Notes: generated from the letters alone by a model not told the origin. 33,052 nucleotides of DNA from Caldora sp. (GCA_965222765.1 CBDCVG010000043.1:1-33052), one strand, 5' to 3'; counted from the stretch's first letter, positions 21,812 through 30,718 are shown. Numbers and translations are program-made.

Positions 21812-23165
21812 ATGCTAATAAATTTTGCTCTCAAACATCGGTTCTTGCAACAGCAACAACAACTTATTCTCGGTGGATGTCTTCTAGTAGGTTTAGCAAT
21901 CACCACTCAGCTAGTACCAAAGCTAATTGCTTCATCTTCTCCCTACCGCTATCCTTTTGCATCACCCACTGATGTTAATATCACTCGTCAGCTAGAACAA
22001 GAAGTGACGTTTTATCAAAGGCGCATTCGTCAGAGTCCTCAGGATGGCCTTAATCAAGCACTCTTAGCAACCGTCTATCTCAAGCTAGCAAGAGCCACAG
22101 GTGATTCCAACTGGTATTTGTTGGCAGAACAAGCTGCTCAACAATCTTTCAATAATCTGCCTTTTAACAATACGGGAGCGCTACTCGCTCAAGCAAAAGT
22201 TGCAGAAGCTAGGCATGATTTTGACGGAGCGATCGAACTTGTTCAAAAAGTTTTGAGTACCCATCCTCAGCACGAAGATGCCTTATCTATTCTAGTAAGT
22301 GCTCATCTGGGAAAGGGACAAATTTCTCAAGCCGAGGTTGCGGCTCAACAATTAGTTGAGCAAGTCCCCGACATTGGGTGCTTATACTCTCAGAGCTTTG
22401 GTTAATATCGCTCAAGGTCAAGATGAAGCTGCAATTGAAGACTTTCAACAAGCCTTGGCGTTAGAAGAACCCGAAGAAGTGGGTAGCTCTGTTTGGACTA
22501 GAACCTTGCTGGCTCGGTTTTATGCTAGCCGAGGTGAGTTGAACGAAGCCAAACAGCTTTATCAAGAAGCATTGCGAATTTTACCGCGATCGCCTTTAGG
22601 ACTGACTCAATTAGCTCAACTAGAAACTCGGCTAGGCAACTACCGTAAGGCAGAAAAGCTCTATTCCCAAGTTTTTGTATCCCGCGATTATCCCAATGTC
22701 TGGGATCATGTGGCGCTGGAAGGTATGGCAGAAGTAGAAGTTTTACGGGGTAATCGAGTAGAAGCGGAAGCTCTCTGGGAGAAGGCAGAGGTTCTCTTTC
22801 GCCAGCATCAAGATTTGAGTACTTTTGGCCACCGCCGAGAGTTAGCGCGATTGTTGCTCTCACGAGGACGGGAAAAGGATTTGCCAGAAGCTCTAACCCT
22901 GATAGAAGCTGACTTGCAAATGCGTCGTGATGTAGAAACCCTGGATACCTATGCCTGGGTACTAACTCGGTTGAACCGTTGGCAAGATGCTCAGGCTGTC
23001 TTGAAAAAAGCGATCGCAACTGGTCAACGTAGTGCAGTTATCTTCTACAGAGCAGGACTGGTTGAACAGCACTTAGGTAATTCTAACCAGGCAGAGACTT
23101 ACTTTCAACAGTCTAAGGCAACTGACCCGATGTTTGACTTTCAAGAAACAAGGCAGTCTCGATGA
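21812..23165 (+). CDS. TPR-repeat protein with an N-terminal TM/signal segment, interrupted by a +1 frameshift (extra G in the GGG run at 22376-22378)
   Basis: Starts MLINFALKHRFLQQQQQLILGGCLLVGLAI. Frame 2 ends ...LVEQVPDIGCLYSQSFG*, while frame 0 continues ...GAYTLRALVNIAQGQDEAAIEDFQQALAL with consistent TPR periodicity. The upstream part of ORF 21629.. is a translated heptamer repeat. Confidence 0.7.
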
Positions 23166-23193
23166 AAAAATTTTTTCACCACCATGCATGAAA

Positions 23194-23221
23194 GTAGGGG
23201 CGAATGGCCATTCGCCCCTAC
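23194..23221 (+). terminator. Perfect 14-bp palindrome hairpin downstream of the TPR gene (candidate intrinsic terminator; weak U-tract)
   Basis: gtaggggcgaatgg|ccattcgcccctac, followed by tactccctacttt. Confidence 0.4.
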
Positions 23222-23278
23222 TACTCCCTACTTTCAAGTCAGAAGGCAGAGGGCAGAAGGGAAGAGGAATTCCCAAAT

Positions 23279-23330
23279 AACAAATGACAAACAACTAACA
23301 ACAAATAACAAATAACAAATGACAAAAACT
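23279..23330. repeat. STRR heptamer array (ACAAATA/ACAAATG family) that supplies the ATG start of the downstream gene
   Basis: aacaaatgacaaacaactaacaacaaataacaaataacaaatgacaaaaac. The ATG at 23319 lies inside an ACAAATG unit. Confidence 0.8.
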
Positions 23331-23699
23331 TTTTATTATCTTCGGCTCTCAATAATTTCCCTACTTGGAACCTTATGTTTTGTAGGAGTTCACACACAGA
23401 TTGTATCTGCTCACTGGGCTGATCTTACTGTTGCAGACATTATGGTTGAAAATACCACTGCTCAGATGACATTGACTATTCTGACAAACCTGGTACAGTT
23501 TGCTGATGAAAATGGCAATGGGCAAATTTCAGTATCTGAATTTGGAACCCATCAAAGAGAGCTTGAAGAGGTTTTCCGAGACCGGATTTCTTTCAAGAAT
23601 ACTAAAAGCGACGCTGCCAAGTTAACCTTAGAAAGCGTACTAGAGGAATCTGCTAAACCGGCTGAAAGCCCTGAAATGCACAGTACCTTTTTACTGTGA
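23319..23699 (+). CDS. Small secreted protein with an EF-hand-like Ca/metal-binding loop
   Basis: Signal peptide MTKTFYYLRLSIISLLGTLCFVGVHTQIVSA. The canonical 12-residue EF loop is DENGNGQISVSE (D1, N3, N5, G6, I8, E12). Confidence 0.5.
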   Translation: MTKTFYYLRLSIISLLGTLCFVGVHTQIVSAHWADLTVADIMVENTTAQMTLTILTNLVQFADENGNGQISVSEFGTHQRELEEVFRDRISFKNTKSDAAKLTLESVLEESAKPAESPEMHSTFLL

Positions 23700-23816
23700 T
23701 ATAGTTGGTCAGAACCTTTACAAAATCTAGCAATTAATTATGACTTTTTTCCTTCAGACACCCACACTCCTCAATGCTTAGCAACAATCTCTCAAGGAGG
23801 CACAACTCGTAATTTT

Positions 23817-24419
23817 GTGTTTACTCCTGAGAGCACAATCTTTACCTTAACGGAAGAATCTCCCTGGCAACAGCAATTTGCAAGTTTCCTGAAGCTAGGT
23901 ATTGAGCATATTTTTACTGGCTATGATCATATTTTATTCTTGATTGCCTTACTGTTACCCGGTGGTAAACTCCCTGAGCTGCTTAAAATTATTACAGCTT
24001 TTACGATCGCTCATTCCCTCACCCTTTCCCTAGCAGCTCTCAATATCATCACCCTTCCCACTGCTTTAGTAGAAAGCCTCATTGCTTTATCTATCATCTA
24101 CGTTGCTGTTGAAAATCTCTGGCACAAGCAATTTCGCCATCGTGGGTGGATTACCTTTGCTTTTGGACTAGTTCATGGTTTGGGATTTGCCAATATTTTG
24201 CAAGAACTAACAGGTTCTCAAGGTAATTTGGTTTTATCCCTCGCTAGCTTCAATCTGGGAGTAGAGTTAGGTCAAGTTGCGATCGTGCTCATCGCTTTTC
24301 TTTGGCTACGAGTACTTCACAAATATACTTGGTTTATCACTGTTCGTCGTGGTTTTTGTTTTTCTATGATTCTCATCGGCGCTATCTGGTTTACCGAACG
24401 TGCTATTTCGGCTATATAA
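23817..24419 (+). CDS. HupE/UreJ-family membrane protein (putative Ni/Co transporter)
   Basis: Contains GIEHIFTGYDHILFLIALLL, AFTIAHSLTLSLAA and FGLVHGLGFANIL (6-TM HupE/UreJ signatures). GTG start with an AAGGAGG Shine-Dalgarno at 23796-23802. Confidence 0.7.
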   Translation: MFTPESTIFTLTEESPWQQQFASFLKLGIEHIFTGYDHILFLIALLLPGGKLPELLKIITAFTIAHSLTLSLAALNIITLPTALVESLIALSIIYVAVENLWHKQFRHRGWITFAFGLVHGLGFANILQELTGSQGNLVLSLASFNLGVELGQVAIVLIAFLWLRVLHKYTWFITVRRGFCFSMILIGAIWFTERAISAI

Positions 24420-24494
24420 CGTAAGTTGCTAGTGCAAGAAGGCAGAAGGCAGAAGGGAAGAAAACTTGTGTAGTAAGCTTTTTCACCTTTAAAA

Positions 24495-24775
24495 CTGTAG
24501 GTTGGGCATTGGTGTCAACTTAAGATGAAATCCTTGCCCCACAAGGAACTTAAGTTCCTCTCTTATAGCTCAAGTCATCTAAAGATGACTCAATCTGCTC
24601 AAAAATCTAGGACTTATGCACCGTAAGGGAATTATGTCATCCAACAGGGATAGCAAAGGATCTCCAAACGGCCTAGATGCTTCACTATCAACTATCTCTA
24701 GCTTAAGTTGACACCAATGAGCGATAGCGTAACCCAACAGCGGAGTATACTGTGTTGGGTTTCACTTCAAAAAAT
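24495..24775. repeat. Composite nested MITE region. A ~212-bp element with 18-bp perfect TIRs (24507-24524 / 24701-24718) is inserted into a truncated copy of the 21610-21687 MITE family. Its interior carries a partial copy of the 7676-7789 family.
   Basis: TIRs are cattggtgtcaacttaag / cttaagttgacaccaatg. The flanks gtaggttggg...agcgatagcgtaacccaacag...gttgggtttcacttc match the reverse complement of 21610-21680. The internal aggacttatgcaccgtaagg...gtcatcc...agcaaaggatctccaaacgg matches 7677-7740. Confidence 0.6.
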
Positions 24776-24784
24776 GCTACTAGC

Positions 24785-26311
24785 TTATGACAAATAAGTA
24801 GACACTCCAGGTCCTAAAGGTAGTCGCAAAATCAACCACAAAATAAACAGAATTGACCATCCAAGAAGAAACACTACAGAATAGGGTAACATCATCGCAA
24901 TTAACGTTCCCAAACCAAAATTTTTATCATATTTTTGTCCATAAGCCACAATAATGGGAAAATAGGGCAACAGAGGTGTAACCATATTGGTGCTGGAATC
25001 CCCAATGCGATAAACCAATTGAGTCAGCTCAGGGGAATAGTCCAACAACATCAACATCGGTACAAAAACAGGAGCCATAATTGCCCATTTTCCCGAAGCT
25101 GAACCAATAAATAGATTAATGAATCCACTCAGAACAATCAAACCCAATAGCAAGGGAATTCCTGTTAATCCCGTCCCCTGCAAGAATTCTGCTCCGGAAA
25201 TAGCGACAATCAGTCCTAAGTTTGTCCAACTAAAATAGGCAACAAATTGAGCCATAAAAAAGGAAAGTACCAGATAATATCCCATCCCACTCATTGCTGA
25301 AGTCATTCCTTGGATGGCATCTTTATCAGTTTTAATACTTCCAGCTCCTAACCCATAGGCAATACCCAGAATTAAAAACACCAATGTCATGATAAATACG
25401 ATACCGCTGAGAAAGGGTGAGGGAATAATGGTGAATGTCTCTGGCTGTCGAAGAATTCCCTGAGGCGGTAGAACTAAAGCCATCAGTAGCCCAATTAAGG
25501 CAGCCAAGGAATAACCTGCCCATCTTAGTCCTTTTTTTTCCTCTACTGTTAGTGTTTCCAGGGAAAAGCTGACATTGTCTGATGATTGATACGTACCTAA
25601 TTGAGGTGCAACAATTCTTTCCGTCACCCACCAACCTAACAAAGTGATGACTAGGGTTGAAACTGCCATAAAATAATAATTGGCGGTTGCATCGACTGTG
25701 TAATTGGCATCAATTAATTGAGCACCACTTTGAGTGATACCTGCCAGCAAAGGATCAAGGGAGTTGACTAGGAAGTTGGCACTAAAACCTCCGGCAACTC
25801 CAGCAAAAGCAGCAGCTAATCCAGCGATTGGATGTTTACCAAAAGAGAGAAAAACTAAAGCGGCTAAGGGGGGTAGAATCACATAACCTGCATCTGCTCC
25901 TAGGTTGGACATTACACCAATAAACACAATCACAGGAGTAATCAACTGAGCAGGGGTAATTAAAACTCCCTGCCTGAGAATTGCAGCTAAAAATCCTGTA
26001 TATTCAGCTACCCCAAACCCTAAAATTGCTACTAATACAGTCCCTAGTGGAGGAAAGGAGACAAAATTACTCACCGCCTCACTGACAATGCGGCGAATTC
26101 CGTCAGGGGTAAGGATAGAAACTGCTTCAATCGTTTCTTGAGTTGCTGGATGAGTGACTGACACCCCCATTCCACTTGCGATCGCACTCACTATAATGAT
26201 AGTGAAACATAGAACGATAAAGATCGTGACAGGATCAGGCAGGCGATTGCCAACGTTTTCAACTCTTTGCAGAGTCGAGGCAATGAATTTTTTTTTCGGA
26301 TGATTTCCCAT
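24785..26311 (-). CDS. AbgT-family transporter (p-aminobenzoyl-glutamate / MtrF-type)
   Basis: N-terminus MGNHPKKKFIASTLQRVENVGNRLPDPVTIFIVL (characteristic AbgT start). 508 aa, polytopic throughout. Confidence 0.75.
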   Translation of the reverse strand: MGNHPKKKFIASTLQRVENVGNRLPDPVTIFIVLCFTIIIVSAIASGMGVSVTHPATQETIEAVSILTPDGIRRIVSEAVSNFVSFPPLGTVLVAILGFGVAEYTGFLAAILRQGVLITPAQLITPVIVFIGVMSNLGADAGYVILPPLAALVFLSFGKHPIAGLAAAFAGVAGGFSANFLVNSLDPLLAGITQSGAQLIDANYTVDATANYYFMAVSTLVITLLGWWVTERIVAPQLGTYQSSDNVSFSLETLTVEEKKGLRWAGYSLAALIGLLMALVLPPQGILRQPETFTIIPSPFLSGIVFIMTLVFLILGIAYGLGAGSIKTDKDAIQGMTSAMSGMGYYLVLSFFMAQFVAYFSWTNLGLIVAISGAEFLQGTGLTGIPLLLGLIVLSGFINLFIGSASGKWAIMAPVFVPMLMLLDYSPELTQLVYRIGDSSTNMVTPLLPYFPIIVAYGQKYDKNFGLGTLIAMMLPYSVVFLLGWSILFILWLILRLPLGPGVSTYLS

Positions 26312-26404
26312 CGGTTTAGAACAGGTATTAGGTGTTAGGTGTTAGGTTTTTCTAACTTTAAAAGTGTATATTTTTCTTATAAATAAGTTGACAGCCACTA
26401 AGAA

Positions 26405-26436
26405 CAAACAACAAATGACAAATGACAAATGACAAA
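26405..26436. repeat. STRR heptamer array (ACAAATG x3) overlapping the start codon of the lactate-oxidase-like gene
   Basis: caacaaatgacaaatgacaaatgacaaacc. The ATG used (26422) is the middle of three out-of-frame ATGs created by the repeat. Confidence 0.8.
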
Positions 26437-27525
26437 CCAATAAATCTCTTCGAGTACGAAGCCATGGCACCACAACATCTATCTCAGATGGCGCTGGATT
26501 ACTATGCTAGTGGTGCTGGGGATGAGGTAACACTACGGAATAATCGTACTGCTTTTGAGGCGTTCAAACTTCGTCCTCGGATGTTAGTGGATGTCAGCCA
26601 ACGGGATTTAAGTACAGAAATTTTGGGAGAGCCTGTTTCCCTGCCGATTTTAATTGCGCCGATGGCTTTCCAATGTTTGGCGCATCCGGAAGGAGAAATC
26701 GCAACAGCTAAAGCAGCAGCTGCGTTAGGAACAGTGATGGTTTTGAGTACAATGTCCACTAAGAGTTTAGAAGAGGTGGCACAAGTTTCCCAGCATACCA
26801 ACCAGTGGTTTCAATTGTATATCCATCGCGATCGCGCCTTGACTCGTGCTTTAGTAGAACGAGCAGAGGCAGCTGGTTTTACTGCTCTGTGCCTGACTGT
26901 GGATGCACCGCTTCTAGGATGTCGGGAACGGGATAGGCGCAATCAGTTTACCTTACCATCGGGGATGGAGTTGGCAAATTTAGCAACAATGGCAGATTTG
27001 AAGATTCCCAAAACCGCTGGAGAATCTGGTTTATTGAGTTATTTTGCTCAGCAAATTGATCCAGGAGTAACCTGGTGGGATGTGGAATGGTTGCACTCAC
27101 TAACATCTTTACCCATAGTAATCAAAGGGATTTTACGGGGAGATGATGCCTTGCGGGCTGTAGAATATGGAGCCAAGGCAGTGATTGTCTCAAATCATGG
27201 AGGTAGGCAATTAGATGGAGCGATCGCAACTATTGATGCTTTACCTGAAATTGTGGCAGCAGTAGGAGATCAAGGTCAAGTACTAATTGATGGCGGTATC
27301 CGGCGTGGTACTGATATATTGAAGGCTTTAGCTTTAGGAGCAAAAGGGGTTTTGTTAGGACGTCCAGTTTTGTGGGGATTAGCTCTTGAAGGAGAAGCTG
27401 GGGTGCGTCATGTGTTGCAACTGTTGCGGGATGAGTTGGAGCTGGCGATGGGTTTGAGTGGCTGTGCCAACATACAAGATATTGACTCTAGTTTGGTTAA
27501 GTTAAGACACATTGAAATTGGTTGA
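26422..27525 (+). CDS. FMN-dependent alpha-hydroxy-acid oxidase (L-lactate oxidase / glycolate-oxidase-like)
   Basis: N-terminus PINLFEYEAMAPQHLSQMALDYYASGAGDEVTLRNNRTAFE. Also contains SNHGGRQLDGAIATIDALPEI and IDGGIRRGTDILKALALGAKGVLLGRPVLWGLA (FMN/TIM-barrel signatures). Confidence 0.85.
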   Translation: MTNDKPINLFEYEAMAPQHLSQMALDYYASGAGDEVTLRNNRTAFEAFKLRPRMLVDVSQRDLSTEILGEPVSLPILIAPMAFQCLAHPEGEIATAKAAAALGTVMVLSTMSTKSLEEVAQVSQHTNQWFQLYIHRDRALTRALVERAEAAGFTALCLTVDAPLLGCRERDRRNQFTLPSGMELANLATMADLKIPKTAGESGLLSYFAQQIDPGVTWWDVEWLHSLTSLPIVIKGILRGDDALRAVEYGAKAVIVSNHGGRQLDGAIATIDALPEIVAAVGDQGQVLIDGGIRRGTDILKALALGAKGVLLGRPVLWGLALEGEAGVRHVLQLLRDELELAMGLSGCANIQDIDSSLVKLRHIEIG

Positions 27526-27559
27526 TCGTGACATACTCCCGGCGCTGATCTACGCATAC

Positions 27560-27970
27560 AGGGCGGGCTTCTCAGCGACTCCAGGTATTGCTTCGGACGT
27601 TAACTGAGCTTTAAGAACGGGATGCCCCACCGCTCTATTGCAAGATATTGATAGCTGCATTTTGATCACGCCCTAGACTGCACCCACAACTCCGGCAGTT
27701 GTGCCAGCGAATATGCAGTTTTTTTGGTACTTTCTCTCCACAACTGGAGCAATCTTGTGAGGTGTTATAGGCACTTACTGGGATAACCAACTTTCCAGCA
27801 TTCTCGGCTTTGTTTGTCAGTATTAACAGAAAGTTTGATCACCCAGCATCCAACACAGATTTAGCCAGCCTGGTACGAGCAAGACCTTTGATATTTAACT
27901 CTTCATGAGCAATAACGTCATATTTTGACAGCAGTTGATTAGCTGTTTTGAAACAGATTAGAGGCTGTAA
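27560..27970 (-). pseudogene. Degraded, internally deleted relic of a second IS605-family tnpB (3' two-thirds only)
   Basis: 27836-27958 (ctggtacgagcaagacctttgatatttaactcttcatgagcaataacgtcatattttgacagcagttgattagctgtt) aligns with tnpB 4968-5045 at about 75% identity. 27720-27775 aligns with the zinc-ribbon region 4820-4870. No intact ORF remains. Confidence 0.55.
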
Positions 27971-28119
27971 ATCATGAGCTTTTTTGCTAACCTGAAAATT
28001 TCGTTAAAATTCTTGCAGAAGTAGGCAGTAGACTTCTCTAACCAAGAATCTGTAACCCTTATCCTACCTAGATGAAAACTTAACTTCTGGAAATGTCTAA
28101 CTTAGATCCCTTATTGATT

Positions 28120-28157
28120 GCATATTCTAACAACCCTTGCATATTCTAACAACCCTT
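28120..28157 (+). promoter_or_regulatory. Perfect 19-bp tandem direct repeat, 36-73 nt upstream of the methyltransferase start codon (candidate operator / duplicated binding site)
   Basis: gcatattctaacaaccctt is repeated twice head-to-tail (28120-28138, 28139-28157). It is flanked by tattgat motifs on both sides (28112-28118, 28161-28167). Confidence 0.35.
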
Positions 28158-28192
28158 GTATATTGATAACGTGGTAATCTTAACTAGACAAT

Positions 28193-29590
28193 ATGAGCCA
28201 AAGCAGATTTACAGAAACAGAGACTGAGGCATTTTATGATGCTGAAGACAGTCTCTACCGCAGTTTCTGGGACTCAGATGGTAGTCTTCACTGGGGTTAT
28301 TTTCTGGACTTGGTTCCCACCCGTGTTGAGGACTTCGTTCCCGCCTGCCAGCGCTGGAATGAATATATGCTAGAAAAAAGCGGAATTACAGCCTCCTCCA
28401 AGGTTCTAGATATTGGCTGTGGTAATGGTAATACTGCTATTTGGCTAGCCGAAAAGACAGGATGTGAAATAGTCGGCATCGATTTGAGTAATGTTCGCAT
28501 CAGTAACGCTATAGAGAAAGCTCGAAACTATCCATCCTTGCGTCTGCAATTTCACAAGGCATCCGCGACTAACCTACCTTTTGAAGAGGGGACTTTTACC
28601 CATATTTGGAGCCAAGCAACCCTCTACCATGTTCATGAACGAGACTTAGCTTTGAAGGAAATGCATCGGGTTCTTCAAGAAAATGGTACATTTCTCTTTG
28701 ACGATTTGATAACCCCAACAAAGCAAATCAGTGAACAAGCTCGCAAATACGTTTACGATCGCCTGCTATTTGAACCAACCTACAGCCACTCAGACTATAT
28801 CGATGCTTTAAGTCAACTAGGCTTAATGGTATTGCACTCAAAAGATTTAAGCGAACATCTCCAGAAAAGCTACGAATTACTTTCTCACTTAGCTCAACCA
28901 CAATATTCAGATTTGAGTGCTGCTTACAACAAAATGTGCGAGGCGATTGCGGCGGGAGAACTAGGGTGGAGCTTCTTTTTAGGGGAAAAAGTCAGCAATC
29001 GCCTTTCCTGGATCTATGAAACGAAAGATACCCAAAAGTTGCAGGATAAATATGATGCTTGGTCTCGCATCTATGATATTGAATTAGAGCAAGCTTATCG
29101 TCTTAGTCCAATTCAGTCAGCTCGTGCCTTAGCCCAAATACTGCCAAATAAAGACGCTAGGATTCTGGATGCTGGAGCTGGTACAGGGATGGTAGGAGAG
29201 GCTTTGGCTCAATTGGGATATACCAATCTTACTGCGATTGACCTCTCGGAACAGATGCTAGAAGTTGCTCGGGAAAAGCAAGTTTACCAAACCCTGTATC
29301 AAGACAATTTAGAAGCACTAGTCAATTGCTCTACTCCCTCTAGCTTTGATGCTATCATCTCTGTGGGAGTTTTTACCTTTGGTCATGCTCAACCAAAAGC
29401 TTTGCTTAATTTAGATACTTTGTTAGTATCTGGTGGTTACTTTGTGCTTACCGTGCGTGTAGATTACCACGACAATAACGAAACTTTGCACAAGGTACTA
29501 GAAGATCTATCTTGGATTTTAATCAACCGAGAGGAATTTACTATCTTCGACACAGAATCGATGTATAGTATGGTTTTCCAAAAGAAGTAG
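28193..29590 (+). CDS. Fused double-domain SAM-dependent N-methyltransferase. The N-terminal domain is SDMT-like (sarcosine/dimethylglycine N-methyltransferase family) and the C-terminal domain is GSMT-like. This is a candidate betaine-forming (successive N-methylation) enzyme.
   Basis: Domain 1 contains FYDAEDSLYRSFWDSDGSLHWGYF, VLDIGCGNGNTAIWLAEKTGCEIVGIDLSNVRISNA and FEEGTFTHIWSQATLYHV (compare the SDMT block DADNFY..WGG.DIH.GLY). Domain 2 contains ARILDAGAGTGMVGEALAQLGYTNLTAIDLSEQMLEVAREK (compare the GSMT block RVLDVACGTG...VDASDKML). Assignment is from recalled motif patterns. Confidence 0.6.
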   Translation: MSQSRFTETETEAFYDAEDSLYRSFWDSDGSLHWGYFLDLVPTRVEDFVPACQRWNEYMLEKSGITASSKVLDIGCGNGNTAIWLAEKTGCEIVGIDLSNVRISNAIEKARNYPSLRLQFHKASATNLPFEEGTFTHIWSQATLYHVHERDLALKEMHRVLQENGTFLFDDLITPTKQISEQARKYVYDRLLFEPTYSHSDYIDALSQLGLMVLHSKDLSEHLQKSYELLSHLAQPQYSDLSAAYNKMCEAIAAGELGWSFFLGEKVSNRLSWIYETKDTQKLQDKYDAWSRIYDIELEQAYRLSPIQSARALAQILPNKDARILDAGAGTGMVGEALAQLGYTNLTAIDLSEQMLEVAREKQVYQTLYQDNLEALVNCSTPSSFDAIISVGVFTFGHAQPKALLNLDTLLVSGGYFVLTVRVDYHDNNETLHKVLEDLSWILINREEFTIFDTESMYSMVFQKK

Positions 29591-29635
29591 TTTTCGATTA
29601 ATCTAACAAACTCAATTCAGGAGAAAACAGAAGAA

Positions 29636-30100
29636 ATGGGGACAATCAAGCTTATGCATGCCAAGCTGCATCGTGTCCGCGTAACTGAAGCTAACCTCCA
29701 TTATGTAGGTAGTATTACTATTGACCGAGAGCTACTGGAAAAAGTAGGAATCCTGCCTCTAGAAGAAGTAGAAATTGTCAACATTGATAATGGGAATCGC
29801 TGGTATACTTATGTGCTTCCAGGAGAGGCAGGAAGTGGAGCAATTTGTCCTAATGGTGGCGGTGCACTATTGTGCCAACCTGGAGATACCTTGATTATTT
29901 GGGCCAACGAGGATCTAGAGCGTTCTGAAGTTTTGTGTAACGGACACCAAGCGCGAGTGTTGATTGCCGACGAAAATAACCAAGCTCAGGAAGTTTTCTA
30001 CCAAACTCTCACTCCTAATGGGGAGACATTGGAATACAACGGTTATGAAACTGCGAACGGCAAACAACCGATTGATTCCAAGTCTTTAGTAGGAGTTTGA
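29636..30100 (+). CDS. panD: Aspartate 1-decarboxylase (pyruvoyl-dependent; forms beta-alanine) with an atypical ~30-aa C-terminal extension
   Basis: Contains [34 protein letters not shown], with the Gly-Ser self-cleavage site in YVGSITID. Total length is 154 aa (the family is usually about 115-140 aa). Confidence 0.85.
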   Translation: MGTIKLMHAKLHRVRVTEANLHYVGSITIDRELLEKVGILPLEEVEIVNIDNGNRWYTYVLPGEAGSGAICPNGGGALLCQPGDTLIIWANEDLERSEVLCNGHQARVLIADENNQAQEVFYQTLTPNGETLEYNGYETANGKQPIDSKSLVGV

Positions 30101-30109
30101 AATAAGCTA

Positions 30110-30718
30110 ATGACCAGTAACTTCAATTACTATGAAGTTCCCTTAAAAAGGCTGAACTCAAAAAATGCTCAAGGAGTAGGAGTCGTATTCACAGAGTTTA
30201 AAGATGTGGCAATAGAATTGTGCCAATGGCCTACTCAAGGAAAACGACCTTTGATTGCCAAGGGGGGTTACGGTACCGTTATTGAAGAGGAATTCAGACT
30301 TTATTGTCAGGGTTCGACTATGCTTTCTGCTGGTCATCAAAATGCTCGCGGCGGTGTCACAGGTAAGATTGTATCTGACCCAGAGAATAACTCCAAGTAT
30401 GTTCTGGTCAATTGGCTGAGTGCTCATCTTGATGCAGGAGAAGCTTTTATTGCGAAAAATGGCGAACCCGGTATATTTCTGTTGGCTCCTCCGAAAGAGG
30501 ATGTCAAACCAGAAGATTTTGTAGCCTTTTATTCGGATGGTAGCTGTGGCATCTCAATGCATCCTGGGGTATGGCACACAACTCCTCTATCCCTTTGTGA
30601 ACAGGAAGTAGTCTATAAGAGAAAGCAAGGCAGTATCTATGCAACAATCGATTGTGTCTTAACCAAAGAGCATAATACTTGGTTAAAGATTCCCCTGCGT
30701 CAACCTGAAGATGGTTAG
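30110..30718 (+). CDS. Cupin-fold protein resembling the ureidoglycolate lyase (AllA) family
   Basis: Block GISMHPGVWHTTPLS (compare AllA VNYHRNVWHHPL). N-terminus ...YYEVPLKRLNSKNAQGVGVVF. Weak, motif-level assignment. Confidence 0.35.
   Translation: MTSNFNYYEVPLKRLNSKNAQGVGVVFTEFKDVAIELCQWPTQGKRPLIAKGGYGTVIEEEFRLYCQGSTMLSAGHQNARGGVTGKIVSDPENNSKYVLVNWLSAHLDAGEAFIAKNGEPGIFLLAPPKEDVKPEDFVAFYSDGSCGISMHPGVWHTTPLSLCEQEVVYKRKQGSIYATIDCVLTKEHNTWLKIPLRQPEDG

Noticed and set aside
21439-21906. ORFs 21439..21639(-) and 21724..21906(-), and the first 61 codons of ORF 21629..22405
   Set aside because: They are translations of CT-rich heptamer repeats and MITE sequence (GDREDGEDREIG-type low complexity). 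They are not genes. The real TPR gene starts at ATG 21812.
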